The notes under the pieces: model-generated
The model's input: the letters and a program-made list of their open reading frames with translations, nothing else
Database searches by the model: none
Told to the model about the DNA's origin: nothing
DNA from: a virus
Lineage: Duplodnaviria > Caudoviricetes
IMG/VR virus record: IMGVR_UViG_3300047408_000188
Coordinates: 1-52,066 of that record
Length of the DNA stretch: 52,066 nucleotides
Reading direction: 5' to 3' (one strand)
Shown: piece by piece, positions 43,439 to 52,066 of the stretch
How positions within the stretch are numbered: the first letter of the stretch is position 1
Layout: each line of letters begins with the position of its first letter
Made by a program: the position numbers and the translations under genes

Positions 43439-45073
43439 ATGGCTCGCGAGTTCCTGTACACGATCACGCTCCATAACGGGCTGACGACGGCGGTGGGGTT
43501 TGCCAACATCGCCGCCTCGGACTTGCCGGCGAACATTGCCTACACGAACGTTGCCAACGTCTTCACCGCCAATCAGACATTCTCTGGCGGGATAAGTGGG
43601 ATTACCGCGGGCGACTTGCCGGCGACGGTGGCGTATACGAACGTGGTCAACACGTTCACCGCCAGCAATGTGTTCGCGGACATTACAACGGGAGCCATCA
43701 CAGCATTAAGCATCGACTGTAGCGGCGGTGTTGCAATTAGCGGCGAAGTGACCATCGACCAGTTGGTAAGCCTCGGCGCCAACCTGCAAGTGGCCGGCAA
43801 TATCACGTCAACAGGCGGCATCTTTGTCGGCGACGCCTCCGGTCTGACCGGCATCCCAACCTCCGTCTCCAACAGCGACGGCAGCCTGACCATCTCCCCG
43901 ACCACCGGGGCCGTGGTGGCGTCGATTGCCCTGGCGCACGCCAACGTCTGGACCGGCCAGCAGACCTTCACGGCGACCAGTTCCTCAACGGTCGGTGTGA
44001 TCGTTAAAGGGGCCGCTTTCCAGAGCGTTGACCTGGTTCAGTGGAAAGACTCGACGCCGACGATCATGGCGGCGATCAACAAAGACGGCCGCGTGCTGGC
44101 GGGCGGCATCGCGGGCGAGCAGCCGCCGACCGTGCCGGGACTGGGCTTCTACAACGATCAGGACAACGGCTTCTTTCTGCGGACCACCAACACGTTCGGC
44201 TTCATGACCGCAGGAACCATCCGGGGCTACTTCAAAGCCGATGGCTCTCTGTACCTGACGAACGACCCCAACGCTGCGACGGTCACGCCGCCGGCTTCCC
44301 AGACGCTCAAGTTCTACATCCTCGACGGCATCATTTACATCAACAACACGACGGGCAGCGACGTAGACGCCGTGTCGATGCGTGGAGGAGACAATGCTGG
44401 TGATAAAAGCGGCTTCCGCTTCGTCGGCAACAGCGCCCATTCTCTGGCGCGGGTCGTCTGCGAGCAGATCACCAGCGGAGAATCGGGCACGCTGGATGTG
44501 TACACGGCTCCGTCTAATGCGACTGGTCTCGTGCTCCGCACGCGCGTTTCCGAGACGGGGCGGATGAAGTTGACCCAGGGCGGCTCGACGGGGTTCTGCA
44601 ACCTTGGTGGTGTGATCTTTAACCACTTCGCCGACGCCGGCAACGGCACCACGGTAGAAACCGATCTCGTCAGCGACACCACAGCAGCGTCCTGTTTGAA
44701 TGTCAATGGCGACAAGCTCGAAGGCGAGTACGGCGGCACCTTCGTATCCAGCGCCACGGCTACCCGTCAGATCAAGCTTTACTTCGGTGGCACGGCGATA
44801 TTCGATACCGGCACGCTGACTCTGAGCCTGTCGAGCGCCTGGACGATGTACGCCACCATCATTCGGGTAAGCGCGACCGTGGTTCGCTACATGGTATCGC
44901 TGGCCACGGAAGGGGCAGCCCTGAGTGCGTACACAGCGGTCGGGGAATTGACGGGTCTGACGCTCTCCGCGACAAATATCATGAAAGTAACCGGGCAAGC
45001 CGCTGGTGTTGGAGCGGCGAGTAATGACATCGTTCTGAAACTCAGCAGCCTGTCGTGGCATCCCGCAGCATAA
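43439..45073 (+). CDS. Tail fibre/receptor-binding protein
   Basis: Repeated DLPAxxAYTNVxNxFTA units, SVSNSDGSLTISPTTGAV and a C-terminal beta-sandwich. Confidence 0.8.
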   Translation: MAREFLYTITLHNGLTTAVGFANIAASDLPANIAYTNVANVFTANQTFSGGISGITAGDLPATVAYTNVVNTFTASNVFADITTGAITALSIDCSGGVAISGEVTIDQLVSLGANLQVAGNITSTGGIFVGDASGLTGIPTSVSNSDGSLTISPTTGAVVASIALAHANVWTGQQTFTATSSSTVGVIVKGAAFQSVDLVQWKDSTPTIMAAINKDGRVLAGGIAGEQPPTVPGLGFYNDQDNGFFLRTTNTFGFMTAGTIRGYFKADGSLYLTNDPNAATVTPPASQTLKFYILDGIIYINNTTGSDVDAVSMRGGDNAGDKSGFRFVGNSAHSLARVVCEQITSGESGTLDVYTAPSNATGLVLRTRVSETGRMKLTQGGSTGFCNLGGVIFNHFADAGNGTTVETDLVSDTTAASCLNVNGDKLEGEYGGTFVSSATATRQIKLYFGGTAIFDTGTLTLSLSSAWTMYATIIRVSATVVRYMVSLATEGAALSAYTAVGELTGLTLSATNIMKVTGQAAGVGAASNDIVLKLSSLSWHPAA

Positions 45074-45083
45074 GGAGCGTTCC

Positions 45084-45332
45084 GTGGCGACGATCTCCAT
45101 TACCGTGCCCAACGCCGTGCTTACCCGCGTTGTGGACGGGGTATGCGGCTCGATGGGCTATCAGGACACGATTGGCGGGGTGGCCAACCCGGAGACGCGG
45201 GCACAGTTCGCCCAACGGATGCTCAGGGAGTGGGTGAAGGCCCGCGTCAGAGCCTGGGAGACCAGCCAAGCCGAGACCTCGGCCGGCGCGACGGCGGGAG
45301 CCAACGTGGACAGTCAAATCGTCCTGACATGA
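45084..45332 (+). CDS. Putative tail-fibre chaperone
   Basis: Small gene directly after the fibre; AAGGAG SD. Confidence 0.55.
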   Translation: MATISITVPNAVLTRVVDGVCGSMGYQDTIGGVANPETRAQFAQRMLREWVKARVRAWETSQAETSAGATAGANVDSQIVLT

Positions 45333-45339
45333 GGCAGTC

Positions 45340-46917
45340 ATGATCGACCCGCTCGAAATGGACCCGTCCGGCTTGGGCGATCTCCAGCAGCAGGAGCAGC
45401 AGTTCCAGCCGCCGGAGAATCCCGACCTGTTCGCGCCGGTCCAGCCGGTATCGAAGCCGTGGACGCCGCCTCTGCCCGAGCCCTTTACGCAGAGTGAGTC
45501 ACTCAGGCTTCAGCGGCTCCAGGCGGGACTCTCGCAGATCGACGCCGACGTGGCCAGCGGAGAGATTCATCCGATGCACGCGGCCGAGGCCAAGCAGCAG
45601 ATTCTGCCCGAACTCCAGCGGCTGGCCCAGAAGCAGCAATCCCAGCAACAGCAGCAGAAGCAGCAAGCTCAGCATGAAGTCATGCAGCAGAACGCTCAGG
45701 CTCTGGGGATGCAGCTCCACGACGGCAAGACGATGGCCGACACGTTTCAGGACCGGACGGCGAGTTTCACGGACCCGATCAGCGGGGAGACGGCCCACTT
45801 CTATCAGGGGCGGCATGGCGAGTGGGAACCGATTGAGTTCCCCGAGCCTGCGCAGCCAGAGGGTAAGGGCACGGCCGAGTATTACCCGCCCGGCCTCTCA
45901 ACGCCCTTGGGCGAGGCTGGCCCCGAGGCTCAGGCCGAGTCGCCGCCTCCCACACTGGAGACCAACGCCAACGGCGAACACGTCCTCACGATCACGAATG
46001 GGGCCAATCAGAGCCGGATCACCTTCGACAAGGACGGCAAGATCATCAAGCAGGAAGGGTCTGAACAGGGCATGGCCAAGGGATCGCCGGGACATCCCGA
46101 CTATGAGGACAGGAATGCCAACCTCAGCGGCGGGGCCAAGCAGTTAGTGCCTCCGCACGTCATCGGGGAGTTCCAGCGTCTGGCGGACAGGACCTACAAG
46201 GCTGACAAGCCCGATCCGAGGCAGTTCCAGAACGTACCACACGGCCAGGCACTCTTTCAGGCGGCAACGGCCAAGTGGAACCGCGACAAAAGCCAGGCTG
46301 TGGCTCACTGGACGAATGAATGGCTGCGTGACCAGAGTAAGGATAAGCACGAAACCGCGGTTACGGAGCGACTCCAGACGCGGGAAGAGCATCGCATCGC
46401 GGCTGAAGAACGAAGGCGGACGGCCGAGGCCAGCACTGAACGACAGCAGAAGACGTATCACCGCATCCTCGACTCCTTGGAAGGCGAGAAAAAGCATCTG
46501 GAAGACAAGGCCGACAAAGCCGAGACCAAGACGGAGAAGGACGCCATCTTGGGACGTATGCCGGACTGGATGAGGGATCGAGAAAAGATGGAGACTGAGG
46601 CTCACAACCGGGCCAAGCGGGAACATGAACGCTTCTGGCCCTCGACGCCCCAAACTACTCAGGCGCCCGCCCAGCCCGCGCCGGCAGCCCAACAAGGGCC
46701 GGCGCCGGCAGCGCCATCTGCTGGCCAAGCCGGCACTCCTGACGACCAGTTACGAAAGCTTGCCGGATATGTGGCCGAAGCTCAGAAGGCCCCACCGCCA
46801 AAGCCTGCTGCGCCCGGCAAGCAGCCTCGAAGCCCAATCGAGAACGTTGAAGCGGCTGTACCGTTCGGATTTCTCAAGCCGCCTGAGAACGAATTGAAAT
46901 ACTTCCCCATCGAATAG
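45340..46917 (+). CDS. Gln/Pro-rich coiled-coil internal virion (ejection) protein
   Basis: 525 aa, before the giant gene. Confidence 0.6.
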   Translation: MIDPLEMDPSGLGDLQQQEQQFQPPENPDLFAPVQPVSKPWTPPLPEPFTQSESLRLQRLQAGLSQIDADVASGEIHPMHAAEAKQQILPELQRLAQKQQSQQQQQKQQAQHEVMQQNAQALGMQLHDGKTMADTFQDRTASFTDPISGETAHFYQGRHGEWEPIEFPEPAQPEGKGTAEYYPPGLSTPLGEAGPEAQAESPPPTLETNANGEHVLTITNGANQSRITFDKDGKIIKQEGSEQGMAKGSPGHPDYEDRNANLSGGAKQLVPPHVIGEFQRLADRTYKADKPDPRQFQNVPHGQALFQAATAKWNRDKSQAVAHWTNEWLRDQSKDKHETAVTERLQTREEHRIAAEERRRTAEASTERQQKTYHRILDSLEGEKKHLEDKADKAETKTEKDAILGRMPDWMRDREKMETEAHNRAKREHERFWPSTPQTTQAPAQPAPAAQQGPAPAAPSAGQAGTPDDQLRKLAGYVAEAQKAPPPKPAAPGKQPRSPIENVEAAVPFGFLKPPENELKYFPIE

Positions 46918-46926
46918 GACGCTCCG

Positions 46927-49900
46927 ATGGAAACCGAAGAACTCCAGCAAGAAGCTCCGGCACAACCGGAAGCGGCTCCGCAACAGGTCCAGCCACAGGG
47001 TTTGCCACCACTCGAAGAGTTTCAGAAGCAGTTCCCCGACCTCGACCCAGGACTGGTTCAGTCGCGCTACGAGCACATCACCAAACTCCAAGAGGCACGG
47101 CAGAAGTTCTCCGATATGGAGGAAACCCCCGGTGCCTTCCTTGGTCGGCGGATGATTCCCTTTGGTAGTGGGGCTGTGGCGATGGCCCGGCAGTCGGCTT
47201 ACGACCGAGCCCAGGCCAGACTGGCGAAGGGCGAACCCGACGAAGGCGACTATGAACTCATCGCCTCGCATGAACGCATCAAAGAGCAAGACTGGCAGCG
47301 CCAGCAAACCTTGACCGGGCCAGCGGAAGAATCCATCGCCTCGATCCCCGCGATGCTGGGCGAGAACTACGTCCTTGGCGGCGGTGGCTTGGCGTTTCAG
47401 GGCGTCAAACCCTTCCTGGCTTCCGTGGGCAAGCAGTTCCTTAAAGGCATGGCCATGCCCAGCCTCTGGGGGCAGCAGGCAGCCAACCGGGCCTACGAGC
47501 AAGGCGGCGGTGTTGCTGCTCCCGAGAACATTATGCCCGCCTTGGGTCAGGCTGGACTCCAGAACGTCATCCTTGGCTCATTGCATAACGTCGCCAGCGG
47601 CATCAAGAATCCAGTGACGCGGTTCGTGGGTAAGGTGGCAGCCGGGGCGCTGGAAATGCAGGGGGCCGACATCGCCTTGGGCACGCTGGACGAGTTTCTT
47701 CCCGAAGCTCTCCAGACGAAGACAGGCTACGGCCAGATCGGACACATTCTCCGTAGCGAGGGCGACGAATCGCTCAAGAAAGCTCTGACCGACGTTGTGG
47801 TACTGTCAGCCTTTGCTGCCATAAGTGGCAACCGACACGAAGCTAAGCCCCTGATGGAGCGGGTCAAGGCCACACTCGATCAGGCCAAGGAAGCCGGCTT
47901 ACCTGCCAATGAGGCAGCCGTCGTGCTCAACACCTTCCTCGAAGGCGAGAAGAAGGGCGGCCTGTGGCAAGATAGGCAACGTGCTGCGCGGGCAACGCCC
48001 ACCCCAGGCGAGCCGCCGGACGCCACACAGGCCCTTGTCCAGCAACTGGTCGGCAAGCCTGCTCAGGAACCACCTAAAACGGCCCCGCCAAGCCCCGAGG
48101 CCCAGCCTGCGGCTCAAGAGTCTGCCCTGCCGGAAGGTGTCGTCCAGGGGCCACAGGGACCGCTTCCCAAGGACGTTGCCGAGAAGATGGGGATTGGGCC
48201 GGAAAAGGGGCCGACGCCTGCCCCGGAGGGCGAGAATCCACGCGAGGCAGCCAATCGGCTCGAAAGCGACTTCCGCGAGTCCCAGAAGCGGCTGGCCAAG
48301 CAGGGTCTGTCCGCCCCGGAGATCAACAAGCGGCTCAAGGATCAGGCCAAAGAGCTTGGGCTGGCACGGGATGAGGCGTTCAAGTGGGAGGCTGCGCAGC
48401 CCAAGCCGGAACCGTCGAGCCGCGAGCAGGCCGTTCAGCCGATCCGCGAGGCTTTCGAGGCCGCGTTCGGCGAGGGCGGCACCAACAAGGCGCGGCTCAA
48501 GACCACGGTAGGGGACCGGGAACTGTCGGCCGTCATGCTCCCCGCCGAGAATGGGCCGATTGCCCATCTGGAGTTCGGGTACAAGGGCACGGCGGGGGAG
48601 AAACCGGCAGACCTGGCCAAAGCTGGCCCTAAAGCGGGTTCCCTGGAGTTCGCCCGCAAACTGGACGCCTTTGTCCGCGATCTGGGCGAGCGGGGCGTGC
48701 GGGTCTCCTACGACACCGACCCCAAGCGCGCGGCGACCTACGAGCGCGTCTTGAAGCGGGCGGGCTTCGAGCCAGACACGGCAGCAACGGAATCGGGCGA
48801 GAACCCCTACCCGACCTGGAAGAAAGCGGCCGAGAAGTCCCCCGATGCTCCCGTCGAGAAGCCGGCGGAAGCACCCCCAATCAAGTCAGAACCAACCCCT
48901 GCCGAGGCCCAGCCGAAGCCCGCCCGCCTCGATGAACTGGAGCTCGCCCATCGCACGGGCAAGCGGATCGACCCCAAGGAAGTCTTCGATGCCGCGGGCT
49001 TGGACGAGCGCGAGCGGCGCATCCTCGCCGAGATGGCGACCGGGTCCACGCAAGAGGAAGTGGCCCAGCGCGTCGGTCTGAACAGCAAGCAGCGCGTCGG
49101 CCAGATTGCCGGCGACATCGCCGAGAAGCTTGGCATGGACCGCTCCGTCTCTGACGCCATGCTGGAAGCGGTGCGCCAGGAAGCAGGCCCGGAGTTTCCC
49201 GAGGGGCGTGGTCAACGTCGCGGCCGAACCGGCAGGGCCATGTCGCCCGAGATGCAGGCCCAGCGTGGGCCAATTAGCCCTGATGAGTTAGCTGCGTCAA
49301 AACGGGGGCTGGCGCCGAAGACGCCTGCCGAGATCGGCCAGCGGAAGATCAACAAACTCACGAAGCAGTACCTCAAAGAATCTAAAGCTGGTACACTGAC
49401 GCCCCAACGAGAGGAGTGGTACAAGAATGAGCTTTCTGCAATCAGCGAAGGCGTTGCACGCCGAACTGGGCAAGGTGAACGAGAGCCCGTCGAGCCGGCA
49501 CCCATTCGACGTGAGCCCGCCCCTGGCGTACCGAGTGGCAACGAAGCTCCTGGCGTTCCGGCGCCGGAACAAGTCGTTCAAGGGCCTGCCGGCGCACGCG
49601 GGGAAGGTGAGCCTTCCCCAAGCGGCGTCAGTGAAGCCCCCGGTGACGAGTTAGCGCCCGTCCGCGAACTGGCCAGCAGTGTCCTCAAGGAAGGCAACGT
49701 CTGGCACCGCGACCGCCTGCGTGGCGTCCTCGGCGAGTTCTTCAATGAGGATCAGATCGCGGAGATGACCTCTCAGAAGCCCGGCAAGCCGGGGAAGGCA
49801 GCGCCAAAAGAAAGCGGCCGGTCGCTGGTGGGCGAGCCGGCCCAGCATCGGGCCGATCAGTGGGACCACGACCTCCGAACCGAGATCATTCGCCTCATCG

Positions 49901-52066
49901 CCCCCAAGGAGTTCAGCGATGTTCTCCAGGCAGCCAAGGCGACCGGGCTTTCACGGGACGCGGCTGAGGCTCTCCTTGCACGCGCTAACGCAGAAGCTGA
50001 AACAGCATCACGTCGCGAAGTTGAAGGCGGCCAGGCGATCCCCGAAGGAGTCGGCGGACCAGCAGGGGCTGATGTCCCCGTTGCCGGCGTCCCCTTCCGA
50101 GCCGCAGGGGCCGGGGGAGCCGGAGTCAGCCAGCCCCTCCCTGGATTCGAGCGCGGACCCGCTGGACTCGATCCAGCATCCGGCCGATTCTTTCAAGACT
50201 TCCTCCGAGGAGAGTCTGGAGCCCTGAACCCGCAAGAGGTTTGGGACAAGTTCCAGGGCTACGTCCGCTACACGGTGGACGCGCTCAACCGTATCGGCTC
50301 GGAATCCTTCCCCACCATTCACCGCTTCTCCCGCGTCGCTGGCGAGAAGGTCATGAACATGGCCGTCTCGCACGACTACGCGCGGCGAGGAGGGGAATAC
50401 TTCGCAGATCGCGTGCTGGGACCCGACGCCTCGCCGGCCTTCGAGAAGATCGCGGGCGGGACGTTGATGGAGATGCGGTTCCGCTTTGCCAAGGACGCCC
50501 ATCTCAGGCGCTCCCAGGAAGCCTCTCAAGATGCGGCCAAGGCAAGGGCGGCCGGCGACATGGCCTCAGCGGCTCGCTTCGCTCAGGAAGCCACGGACCA
50601 TCTCAAGGCCAGAAACGACATCACAGGCATTGTCGGCAAGCCCGAGAGCCCCTTCGCGACCGAGGCGGACTATCAGGCCGCTCTCAAGGACCCGAAAGTC
50701 GTGGAAGCGCTCCAGCGCTACAAGACCGAGTACGCAATCGAGAAGGAGAACATCTTCCGCGACTCCCAGGGCCTCGACGCCACCGACCCCATCAACGCCT
50801 TCACCCAGATTCAGGGGCTGCCCGTGCGGGCAATCCCTCTGGAGCGAGCCTCGACCGACATCAAGGGCGAGGGGCAGGGCAACTTGAAGAACGTCAAGCT
50901 GCGCAAGAACCCGACCAGCTACGCCGCGGGACTGGACGGCGAGAACTACGTGACCAACCTGCGCGACATCATCATGCAGGACATGGCCGACTCTTATCCG
51001 CTCGCGGCGAAGGCCGTGGCATACCGAACGCTGGAAGCCGAGGGGCACGGGCAATGGGCCCGTCCCGGCCAGCAGATCGAGGGCATGAAGGAAGTGCCGT
51101 TCACCACGCCGCCCAAGGGCACCCAGAAGGCCGAGAAGGGCGATGTGTTCTACATCTCGGAACCGCTGTACAAGGAGTTCCGCCGGGCGCTCAAGGTGGA
51201 CCAGACGGCCGATTGGGTGAAAGCCCTGGCGGCCGTGAACTACGTCCCCACCGTGGCCAGTCTGGCGAGTTCCGTGGAAGCCGTCTCCCACGGCATCAAT
51301 CTCGGCGGTTCGCTCCTGGCGCCGGGGATGCGGCTGGGGGAAGTGATTCACAACACCACCGAGCGGCTCTGGAACACGCCCGCGATGCAGAAGAAGCTTC
51401 TCGACCTGGCCAAGATGGGCGCTGTGAAGCCGGAAGGGCCAGAATCGGGACTGCTCACGCCCAAATGGCTTCAAGAAGCAGTTGGAGAGAAGGTCGGCAA
51501 GACATTGCTCAAGTATGACCCGACCCGCATTCTGGGAACGTGGCTCGATGGGTTCAGCGATGTCATGCGGGCCAGCCTGGGAGACGCTTTCGACCGGCTA
51601 GCGACCAAGCTCCACGTCCCCGACACCGAGGCGGCCAAGCGCGACTTCATCAATAGCTGGACCGGCCAGTACGAGAAGAGCGCCCAGAACGGGCTTGTCG
51701 CCTTCCTTCGAGAGTCGAAGATCGGCCCCTTCGCCACGGCGGCCAGTCAGATGACAGCCCGAGGCGTCCGCAACCTCTTCGGCGACCCCGGCGTGCACAC
51801 AACGAGCGCTGCTTCGGAAGTGCAGTTGCGGGCCGGGCAACTCGCCAAGTTCGCGGCTGTGGCGGCGATCCCCTTCGTGGCCAACTATCTGATGTGGGGC
51901 AACCCCCTGGGCGACGAGAACACGCGGATCGGAGCGCTCAAGATCAGCGAGGAGAACGGCCGGACCAAGAGCTTCGACTTCCTCCAGTTGGCCGGTGTCC
52001 GTCGCGGGCTCACGGCCATCGGTCTCATGCCCATCCTCGACTCGGCCAGGCGCGGCGAGTCGGTCG
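46927..52066 (+). CDS. Giant polyvalent/internal virion protein (~1905 aa including the wrap to 705), with an internal LuxR/sigma-region-4-like HTH
   Basis: Frame 1 is open from ATG 46927 to the end, so it is absent from the ORF track. HTH at ~49000-49140. Confidence 0.85.
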   Translation, partial: METEELQQEAPAQPEAAPQQVQPQGLPPLEEFQKQFPDLDPGLVQSRYEHITKLQEARQKFSDMEETPGAFLGRRMIPFGSGAVAMARQSAYDRAQARLAKGEPDEGDYELIASHERIKEQDWQRQQTLTGPAEESIASIPAMLGENYVLGGGGLAFQGVKPFLASVGKQFLKGMAMPSLWGQQAANRAYEQGGGVAAPENIMPALGQAGLQNVILGSLHNVASGIKNPVTRFVGKVAAGALEMQGADIALGTLDEFLPEALQTKTGYGQIGHILRSEGDESLKKALTDVVVLSAFAAISGNRHEAKPLMERVKATLDQAKEAGLPANEAAVVLNTFLEGEKKGGLWQDRQRAARATPTPGEPPDATQALVQQLVGKPAQEPPKTAPPSPEAQPAAQESALPEGVVQGPQGPLPKDVAEKMGIGPEKGPTPAPEGENPREAANRLESDFRESQKRLAKQGLSAPEINKRLKDQAKELGLARDEAFKWEAAQPKPEPSSREQAVQPIREAFEAAFGEGGTNKARLKTTVGDRELSAVMLPAENGPIAHLEFGYKGTAGEKPADLAKAGPKAGSLEFARKLDAFVRDLGERGVRVSYDTDPKRAATYERVLKRAGFEPDTAATESGENPYPTWKKAAEKSPDAPVEKPAEAPPIKSEPTPAEAQPKPARLDELELAHRTGKRIDPKEVFDAAGLDERERRILAEMATGSTQEEVAQRVGLNSKQRVGQIAGDIAEKLGMDRSVSDAMLEAVRQEAGPEFPEGRGQRRGRTGRAMSPEMQAQRGPISPDELAASKRGLAPKTPAEIGQRKINKLTKQYLKESKAGTLTPQREEWYKNELSAISEGVARRTGQGEREPVEPAPIRREPAPGVPSGNEAPGVPAPEQVVQGPAGARGEGEPSPSGVSEAPGDELAPVRELASSVLKEGNVWHRDRLRGVLGEFFNEDQIAEMTSQKPGKPGKAAPKESGRSLVGEPAQHRADQWDHDLRTEIIRLIAPKEFSDVLQAAKATGLSRDAAEALLARANAEAETASRREVEGGQAIPEGVGGPAGADVPVAGVPFRAAGAGGAGVSQPLPGFERGPAGLDPASGRFFQDFLRGESGALNPQEVWDKFQGYVRYTVDALNRIGSESFPTIHRFSRVAGEKVMNMAVSHDYARRGGEYFADRVLGPDASPAFEKIAGGTLMEMRFRFAKDAHLRRSQEASQDAAKARAAGDMASAARFAQEATDHLKARNDITGIVGKPESPFATEADYQAALKDPKVVEALQRYKTEYAIEKENIFRDSQGLDATDPINAFTQIQGLPVRAIPLERASTDIKGEGQGNLKNVKLRKNPTSYAAGLDGENYVTNLRDIIMQDMADSYPLAAKAVAYRTLEAEGHGQWARPGQQIEGMKEVPFTTPPKGTQKAEKGDVFYISEPLYKEFRRALKVDQTADWVKALAAVNYVPTVASLASSVEAVSHGINLGGSLLAPGMRLGEVIHNTTERLWNTPAMQKKLLDLAKMGAVKPEGPESGLLTPKWLQEAVGEKVGKTLLKYDPTRILGTWLDGFSDVMRASLGDAFDRLATKLHVPDTEAAKRDFINSWTGQYEKSAQNGLVAFLRESKIGPFATAASQMTARGVRNLFGDPGVHTTSAASEVQLRAGQLAKFAAVAAIPFVANYLMWGNPLGDENTRIGALKISEENGRTKSFDFLQLAGVRRGLTAIGLMPILDSARRGESV
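51940..52066. repeat. Terminal direct repeat copy 2 (circularisation overlap)
   Basis: Exact match to 1-127. Confidence 0.95.

Noticed and set aside
43439-45073. Diversity-generating retroelement or shufflon acting on the fibre
   Set aside because: No reverse transcriptase, no TR/VR pair differing at adenines and no inverted cassette repeats were seen.
50241-51518. 425-aa Arg-rich plus-strand ORF (and 47909-48511)
   Set aside because: Off-frame shadow of the giant gene, which is open in frame 1.

Overview
The window is a complete, circularly assembled temperate phage genome of about 51,939 bp. Bases 1-127 repeat exactly at 51940-52066, which looks like an assembler k-mer overlap. The GC-rich gene set suggests a Planctomycetota host, but this is inference only. 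The leftward early arm (about 16.7 kb to 0.6 kb) carries small host-takeover genes, an AA[W/R][D/A]-repeat protein, ERF and YqaJ recombination genes, a DEAH helicase, HNH and PD-(D/E)XK nucleases and a short C5 methyltransferase. A rightward tyrosine recombinase, a tRNA-Val(CAC) and a ribbon-helix-helix regulator interrupt this arm. The rightward late arm (17.0 kb to the end, wrapping to 705) carries terminase, portal, a ~5.5 kb envelope/lysis cassette, scaffold, capsid, a podovirus-type adaptor and nozzle, a fibre, ejection proteins and a ~1905-aa polyvalent virion protein. I could not recognise a primase, polymerase, initiator, CI-type repressor, tape measure or classical endolysin. The most interesting signals are: (i) a 574-codon antisense ORF that bridges the tRNA/integrase cassette and carries a Cys/His metal-binding motif inside an integrase loop; (ii) identical GGAG-loop hairpins at the 5' ends of late transcription units, matched by CUCC-loop hairpins just before their terminators; (iii) a papain-like protease and a CxxCH protein in the lysis position; (iv) a split nozzle gene with two alternative N-terminal modules; (v) several RNA-switch-like leaders and a candidate ColE1-like RNA-primed origin. 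All functional calls come from motif recognition by eye; no searches were run.
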